A program made the translations under genes and the position numbers. Positions 56,606-64,000 of a stretch of 64,000 nucleotides of DNA are shown here, piece by piece (position 1 is the first letter of the stretch; each line of letters starts with the position of its first letter). Origin of the DNA: Cyanophora paradoxa CCMP329 (lineage: Eukaryota; Plantae; Glaucophyta); assembly GCA_004431415.1 (NCBI GenBank), contig QPMI01000089.1, positions 124,001 to 188,000 on the forward strand, read 5' to 3'. The notes beneath the pieces are model-generated. The model was not told the DNA's origin. It was given only the letters and a program-made list of their open reading frames with translations, and did no database searches.

Positions 56606-58344
56606 CGGGCGGGCGAGCTTGAGCCTGAGCTTGAGTTTTGCCGTTGCTTCCTTTATTCTCATATCCCCCCGCAGGAGTTCCTGGGCCACCTGCTGCGCTC
56701 CCCGCACGCGATGGAGATCGCCGTACCCTGCGTCTACTTCCTCGTCGACTCCCGCCGCGACCCGGGTACGTGACCCCAGATCTTCCCCCCTCCGGCCCCT
56801 CTCACGCCCGGCCCCGCAGCGCGGATCGGGGTGGTGCACATCGCTATCTTCACGCTGCTGCTGCTCTCCGGGGAGCGCGAGTTCTGCGTGGCGCTGAACC
56901 GCCCCTGCGCGACGCGGCTGCCGACGGACCTGCCCCTCTTCGCGGGGACCCACGGGGACCTCGTCGTCCTCGCCATCCACAAGGCGCGCGCGGCCCTTAA
57001 GAAGAGAGAAATATATATAGGAGCTCGAGACTCGTTCAGATGGATCCAAGGCCCGGCCCGGCCCTTTCAGAAGAACCCCTCTAGAGAGATAAGCGCCTTC
57101 TAAGTATCTTGGCGCTCTCCAAATCAAGCGCGCAGGCGCGCGCTCTCAGTGCTTAGAGTTTTAAAGAGAGGCCGGGGGAAAGATAGAGATAAGGTTCAGT
57201 TTCTAGAGGATTAGGCTCCCCATCTCTTTCGAGGGATCAGAGACTGCTAGCTTGGATTTCAGGGCCCGCTACGCTTTGCCCCTTGCTGACTGACCCCTAC
57301 CCCCCTCCCTCAGGCGATCACGAACGGGCTGGACCGCCTGCAGTCCCTCTACTCCTGTATGCTCACGGTCCGCCCCCCTCCCCCTCCCCCCCCCCCCCCC
57401 CCCCCCCGCCTTCCCGTCCGCCCACATCGGCGGTGGCCCCTCGCTACTCCTTTCCGCCCCTCCTCCTCCTCCTCCTCCTCCTCCTCCTTCTTTGACGCCG
57501 GAGGGGGGCTACAGGTGCTGTGCAACATCAGCCCGTACCTCAAGTCACTCTCCTTCGCCTCCGCCACAAAGCTCATCCACCTCCTCGAGGTGCGGCTGAG
57601 GGCGGCGCGGGGCGGGGCTAGAGATAGTGAGCCTCGCGGGTGGTGAGCCAGAGATAGTGAGCTAGTGGGTGGGTGGCAGGGCATGCAGCTCGTCCACCTC
57701 CTCAAGGTGAGGCTGGCGGCGGGGCCGGATGAGGCCGGGCGGGTGGTGAGCTAGTGGGTGGGTGGAGGCCTGCAGCTCATCCTGCAGGGGCTGGGCTGGG
57801 CGGGGCGGGGCGGGACGGGCGAGATGATCCGCCGGTCGGCCGGCTAGCCGGTGGGCGAGGTGGCCAAAGGCGGGCAAAGTAATGGCCAGCTAGCTCTGGG
57901 CGCCTGCCCCCCCACTTCGTCCTCGCCTCTGAGATAGATAGATAGATAGACAGCTCTGACCTGCAGCTGCGCGCCTCCTCCTCCTCCTCCTCCTCCGCCG
58001 CCGCCGCCCTTCTACCTCTTCTTCCCGCGCGCCTTCTGACCCCGCGCGCCCTCTCTTCTTTCCCCGCCGCAGGTCTTCTCGCTGCCGCGGATGCTCTTCT
58101 CGTCGGAGGGCGCCCACAACTACGCCTTCCTCCTCCTCGAAACCTTCAACAACCTCATCCAGTACCAGTGCGCGCCCCCTTCCATTCCTAAGCCTAGCCA
58201 TCCGTCCCGTGAGCTAAGCTTTCCAGGTACGAGGGGAGTGCGCACCTCGTGACGGCGGTCCTGCGCCAGCGAGAAACCTTCGACCGCCTCGCCGCCGTCT
58301 CGCTCCCGGCCCCGGGCTCCGCCCCCGCCCCGGGCTCCGACCCC

Positions 58345-58376
<32 letters not shown>

Positions 58377-59567
58377 GCCGGCCGCCCAGCCCTCCTCTGA
58401 GCACCACAACGATGCCGCCGGTGCGCCCGCCGCCCGCCCGCCCGCCCGCCCGCCCGCCTGCGGCTGCTTCGCTTAGCACGAGCAGAGCACGCGCCCGTAC
58501 CCGACAGCGAAGCGTCCCCGAGGCGCGCCGTACCCCTCCCCCTCCCCTCTTTCCTGTACCCCGCCTGACTCGGCGCAGCGAGACGCACTCAACGCTCCCG
58601 ACTCTCCGGCGGCCCCCGTCTCCTCCTCCTCTTCCTCGTCCATCCTGGGCGCCGGGGCCGGGGCGGCCCCTCGGGCGCCGCCGCCGCTGGCCACCCCGCC
58701 GCCGCCCCCGCGCCCAAGCAGCCGCCCGCCTTCGTCCCCACCGAGGAGTGGGTGCGTACCCCTGCTAATTCCTCCCCGCCTCTGACTTGCGGCGGGGTAT
58801 GCGCAGCTGAACGAGTGGAAGCAGCGGATGCCGCTGGGTACGATCCTTCGGCTCGTGGCAGGCCTCCTCCCCCAGGTACCTCCTACCACCCCCGCAAAAG
58901 TCTACCCCCTTCCGCCCCCCTTCCGCCCCTCTGATTCCGTCCCCCGCCCCCCCCCCCCCCCCCCCCCCCCCCACACACCACCACCCCACCCACCCCACCC
59001 CACCCACCCCAGGTGGAGTCCTTCACGGCGGCAAAGGAGAAGGAGGGCGTCACGGTCGACGAGGCCATGATCATCGACTTCGTGAAGGCGGGCACCCTTG
59101 TACCCCCTGTCTTTCCTGTACCCCCCTGTCTTGAAGGCTCAACCTTTCTCCTCCCCTCGCAGAACACGACGATGGTCGGGCTGCTCCCCGTACCCCACCC
59201 GAGTGCGCCGGGGGGCCCCCCGTCCCCTTCTTCCCCCCCCCTTATCGCCTTCGTTGTTTCCGACGTCCCGCCCACTCTCTCCGCAGTTTTGATGCGAAAG
59301 TACCAAGGGAACCACTACACGGCCGTCTGGTTCACCACATTCATCTGGGGCATCGTCTACATCCGGTCCGCCCCGCCCCGTCCCTCGCCCCGTCCCTCTC
59401 ATTTCTTCTCTAACGGGACCGGGACGTAGGAACCAGTTCCCGCCGCTCTTCGACGGGAGCCATATCAAGCTCTTCTCCATAACGTGCGTACCCCGGCCCG
59501 GGCTCGAGGGGTATGGCGCGCGAGCACGCGCCAATCGCGGGTTGTTTGCAGCTACGTCAGGGCGTAG
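53905..59567 (+). CDS. HID1: HID1 (Ecm30/dymeclin family) Golgi protein, multi-exon
   Basis: MG start. NAVRLLTRVLPFMFE, LLLLSGEREF.V.LN.P, LCNISPYLKSLS, LLETFNNLIQYQY, FVPTEEW, VGLLPVPHP and WF.TFIWG.VY. Confidence 0.92.
55368..55732. repeat. Intronic decamer minisatellite CC(T/C)AAGCCG(T/C)
   Basis: Many tandem CCTAAGCCGT/C units inside a HID1 intron. Confidence 0.9.
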
Positions 59568-59751
59568 GAGACTGGAGCAGCGCCGGCGGCGCCAGCGCCC
59601 CGCGCCCCCGCCCCCCGGTGCGCTTCGGTCCGGATGCGGGGTACCGGTGCTGTACATACACGAGAGAGGGAGGTCCTGCATACATGGAGAACTTGCAAAG
59701 ATACGCCAGCGTGGCTGCCGGCTGCTACTGCTGCTGCTGCTGCTGCTGCTG

Positions 59752-61595
59752 CTATACTCGCGTGTTGCTGAGCTGGATCGCGCCCGTGTTGTCGTCGTCG
59801 GGCCCCACCTCCTCGTCCTCGTCGTCCGCGCTGCCCGCCCGCGTAAGACGGAGGGATGCGGCGCGCGATGCGCCCCCGCCCCGGCCCCCTCCTCCCCCGC
59901 GCACCGGAGGGGAATGTAAGGGTTCTCGGCCACGGGCCGGAACTTGTACCCGACCACCGAGAAGAAGACGAGCGTCGTGAGCTGCGGTACCCCGGCGAGT
60001 CGGGACGGGTACCGTGAAAGCGACGGAGTGGGGGGGGGGTACGCGGTACCTCGTACAGGAGGTTGGAGAGGTAGGTGAGGGTCCAGGGGAGCGTCGGCTC
60101 CAGCAGCGGCAGGATGATGCGCGTGAAGTACCTGCGGGGTACGTCAAATCAGGGGAGGGGGGTACGAAGGTGACGGGATACGTTAAAATCAAGCGTACAC
60201 GTAGGAGACGACGATGAGGTAGAGGTGGCGGAAGAGCTTGAGCCTGTGGAGGTTGCGGGCGGCCTTGCCGTCGCTCTGGGACGCCTCCCGCAGGTGCCGG
60301 ATGGACCAGACGATCGGAAAGAGGATCGCACAGCTGCGCGCCGCGTCGGAAAAGGAAGGAAAGGAAAAAGGAAGGGAAGGGAAGCGGGAGGGGCCGCGGA
60401 CCAGCAGATGATGTCGAGAAGCTTGAAGGCGTCCTGCCACTTGAACCAGCCGCGGTCGCCGGGGAGCTTCTCCTCCACGACCGCCGCCGCAATGTTGGCG
60501 AGCACCTGCAGCACCAGGCACACGATGACCACCTGCCGGGCGGGCGGGGGCGCGCGCGTCAGAGCCTGGCGGGCGGCCGCGCGCGCGCGCGGGCCGGAGG
60601 ATAGATGCGCGCCTTCTTCTCGCGGCCCGAGATGAAGGGCTTGAGGAGGGAGTAGCCCGTGCCGATGAGGAGAATGACGAGGAAGAGCATAAGGCCCTTG
60701 AGGGTGGCGAAGATGTAGTAGACGATGTCAAGGCCGGAGCTGCGGCCCGCGACCTTGGCGTGGTGCCAGCGCGCTGCCTCGAAGATCATCGTGAAGACCT
60801 TCAGGCCGAGGAGCACCGACATGAGGACGTGGATGCGGTGCACGTTCGCGCGGTTCTTCCAGTAGAAGTAGGTCCACACGCCGGTCGCCGCCATGAAAGC
60901 GAACATCATGAGCAGGTAGACGGTCGGCAGCGGCGACTCGCCGGCCGAGAGGTAGTTGTTGCCCGGGTTCTTAGCGGAGATGACCAGTTCGAAGCTCACG
61001 TGCGTGCGGGGCTCCAGACCCTCGCCGCACATCGCAAAGATGACGCTGTAGAGGCCCTCCTCGCCCACGCCGAACGTCTGAGACGCCTCCTTCTCCGGGA
61101 ACCGAACTTTGCCGGCGCCGTCCTGGGCAGCGTCGTACTGGGACCAAGTGAGGGGCTTGAATGTCTGCTTGCTGAGGTCCAGGAGACAGTGCTCGCTGGC
61201 AGCCTCGATGAAAGCATACGGATCCTTGTCGAGGGCCGACACGATGAAGCCCATCTGGTACTGGAACTTCTGCGCTTGCTCCTGCGCGACGAACCCGCAT
61301 CAGACGCATGCACCTCTCGAGCGCTATCGAGCGCAAGCTCGGCGCCCCCGCGCGCGGGGAGCGCGCGGGATGCGGGGATGCGGCCGGGGCAGGGTCGGCT
61401 CACCGGGGCGGCCCACTTGATCTTCAGGTCCTCGACCTTCAGGTTGATCTCGCCCCCGGCGTAGAAACCGAACTGCTCAACATATATGACCTTCCGCGGG
61501 TCGTCATCGATTTCTAGCTTGTTGATGCGGGCCGAGGCGATGCCGAGCAGGCAGGCCGCCACGAGGAGCGCGAGCGCCGCCTTCTGTTTCTGCAT
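59752..61595 (-). CDS. GPR107/GPR108-like (lung seven-transmembrane receptor family) protein
   Basis: Signal peptide, FGF..GG, NYLSAGE.PLP.VY, VHRIH.LM, LIGTG.S.LKP..S.REKK, PIVWSIRHLREASQSDGKAARNL..LKLFR and GYKFRP...NPY. Confidence 0.93.
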
Positions 61596-61662
61596 CGCGC
61601 GAGCGCCGCCGCTAGAGGGGTACTGCCTTCAAAAAGACGTCTGTCTGGCCGGCCCGCCGCCA

Positions 61663-64000
61663 ATGGAAGTCGGGTTCGTGGGGCCGGTGGCGCTGCTGGC
61701 CTCTTCCAGCAGGCGGCTTGCGGAGCTGGAGGCCGCCCGCCGTCCCGCCGTCCGCCTTGCAATGTCTCCAGCACCGTCATCCTCGTCCGCACCGCGCCGG
61801 CAGCCCCGCTTTGTGGCAGAAGATCAGATAACAACGTTCGAGGCTTCGCTCCTGCCCGACCCTGGTGCTCTGTGGAGGCGCGCGGTGGGCTCCGAAGGTG
61901 CGGAGCGGCCGCCGCTTTTCCTCCGACCTTCTGCTGACTTGCGCGACGCAGATCTTCGAACCCCGGATGTGCGCACTTAGCTAGCTCCCTCGCGTGCACG
62001 ACGGCACGCTTCTCGACTCCTCGTTGACGGCTGCTCCGTTCCGCGCAGAGCCCCGCGCCCCCGCCGATGGAGCGAGACATCCACGCAGAGCTTCTAGAGT
62101 GGCAGGTGCTCCGCGCTGCACGCTTTCGTCTGCGGCGTCATCGTGCCTGACGCGGGCGGTTTGACCGACACCAAGAACCATGAACTGCCATTGGTGCGCT
62201 AGTGTCCCCCGTTAGCCATTGCTACGCTCTAATCTTATGTGCGCTCTCAGATTCTGGAGTCCCTCGACTTGGGTCTCAAGCTGCCGGACGACCCAAGATC
62301 GAGGGGCGTGCTGTGCGTCCTCTTTCTCTCCGCTCCGCTAGCGCGCACATTCCGCGTACTGACGCCGCTCTGCCGCTCATGCAGGACGCTCGCTTTCTGC
62401 CACGGGTCCGCCCGCAAGCCGCTGAGCGCCCGCCGCGCGCTCGAAAGGGCCGTGCGCTTACCGCACACGCGCGTGCGTGGCTGCAGGTCGTTCCTTCGGA
62501 CGAAGCGGGCGCGGGACGTCGCGATGAACTTCCTGTACACGCGATCCGCGACGTATCAGCGCCTGGAGTTCTACGGGGACCTCGTTCTCAAGAAGGTGCT
62601 CGGCGGCGCCCTGTTGCACGACGACGAGGAGCCGCGGTCAGAGCACGAGCTCACCGAGTGCAAGTCGCACCTGTGCGCACGCGTTGGCGCCGGCGCTCGC
62701 GCCCGGGCGGCGCGCCGCAGCGCAGCAGCCTGACGGGCGCCGGCGGCCGCAGGGAGAGCAACCGGAACTGCGCGGCGGTGATGCGGGGGGCGGGCCTGGA
62801 GCGGCACGTTCTGGTCGGGGCGCACCTGGCGCAGAGCGGGCCGCTCCCCGACAAGCTGTGCGCCGACGTCCTCGAGTCCTTCATCGGGGGTGCGCCCCGC
62901 CGCCTCCGCCGCCGCCGCCGAGCCTCCCCGGGGCGTCTCCGAGCGTGCCGCGCAGCCGTGGAAGAAGTATACGGACACGCACAGGCCGAGCGGCTCGTTC
63001 GGAAGCTGTTCTTCGGGCACGAGGACGCGCCGGCGCCGCGAAGGCCCGAGCCGCGCCGGGCGCCGGCGCCCACGCCCGAGCCGCCCTCGCCCGAGCCCGG
63101 GACGACGCCCCTGGGCGTCGAGCTTGAGGGCCACCTCGCGCGGGCGCGGGCGGCGCAGGGCCTCCCGCCCCCGCCGCGCCGCCGCCGCACGGCCGGCGAC
63201 TGGCGGCGCACCTCCGAGGGCACCCTCATCCCCTGTGCGTGTACCCCGCGCGACTCCGTTCGTTCGTGTCTGACGGCGCGCGCGGCAGACACGGCGGAGG
63301 ACCTCTCGGACGACGGGGTGCTGGCGCTCGCGCCGTCAGCGGCCGCCGCCGGCCCGTCCTCCTCCTCCTCGGAAGGCAGCCCCGCGCCGGCCCCGTCGCC
63401 CCTCGAGGCGCCGCCCGTGACGCTCAAGCTGGCGTGCGTGTGCCGCCGGCACGGCCGCCGCGCGATGCGCGTGGCTGGGAGCTGGCGGCGGCAGGGCAAC
63501 GCGCACTTCATCGTGGGCCAGTGGCAGCGGGTCCGGCCCTCTCCCCTCGATCCCGCCTTCTTCATTCAACAGATTTGGCTGACTGGGCGAGCTGCCCAGG
63601 CTGTGGACGCGTACGCTCGGGCCGTGGAGCTCGACCCGACCTGCGCCTTCTCGCACGCGCTGCGCTCCATCGCGCGGCTGCGGGCCGGCGACGTCGGCGG
63701 CGCCCTCTGCGACGCCCGGCGGGCCGTCACGCTCGACCCGGAGTACGCGAAGGCGTACGTGCGCCTGGGCGAGGCGCATTTGGTGCGCCAGGAGTGGAAG
63801 GAGGCAGCCACGGCCTTTGCGAGGAGCCTGGAGGTCGCCGCGCTCTCCCCGCGGCGCTGCCCCGCCTGCAACCGGAAGCTCCCGGAGGCCAAGAGCGGCG
63901 GAGGAGGGGGCGGCGGAGGGGGCTACCGCGCCGCGGGACGCGCCTCGTCCTCCTCGCGCAACGGCCACGTCTCGGGCCCCGCATCGATCCCGGAGCGCGG
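61663..64000 (+). CDS. RNase III-domain protein with C-terminal TPR repeats (runs off the window)
   Basis: YQRLEFYGDLVL signature and CADVLESFIG. TPRs AVDAYARAVELDP and ARRAVTLDPEYAKAYVRLGEA. Confidence 0.8.

Noticed and set aside
34143-64000. Hundreds of long Arg/Pro/Gly/Ala-rich ORFs on both strands
   Set aside because: These are artefacts of very high GC, intron read-through and antisense frames of real genes.

Overview
The window has two sharply different halves. Positions 1 to ~25,016 are an AT-richer, intron-less, gene-dense endogenous dsDNA virus of the Polinton/Maverick/Polinton-like virus (PLV) type, whose left end lies outside the window. It encodes fibre-like proteins, two head-to-head minor capsid (penton-like) genes, a major capsid protein, a Zn-ribbon/Vsr-like endonuclease, an A32-type packaging ATPase and an AT-hook microprotein. 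It also carries an AEP-PriCT2-SF3 primase-helicase, a Polinton-type PolB with an eroded proofreading domain and an rve integrase. It closes with a ~2 kb non-coding, repeat-rich end capped by a perfect 28-bp hairpin. The element appears to be inserted inside a coding exon of a host sacsin-like/BTB gene. Positions 25,017-64,000 are GC-rich, intron-dense eukaryotic (protist-like) DNA. Host genes are sacsin-BTB, a hybrid sensor histidine kinase, TMEM18, an acidic repeat protein, a C22orf15-like protein, SNIP1, HID1, GPR107/108 and an RNase III-TPR protein, with many apparent GC-AG introns. Most short ORFs in the supplied track beyond 25 kb are spurious products of high GC and introns. All family assignments are by motif recognition only; no database search was run.
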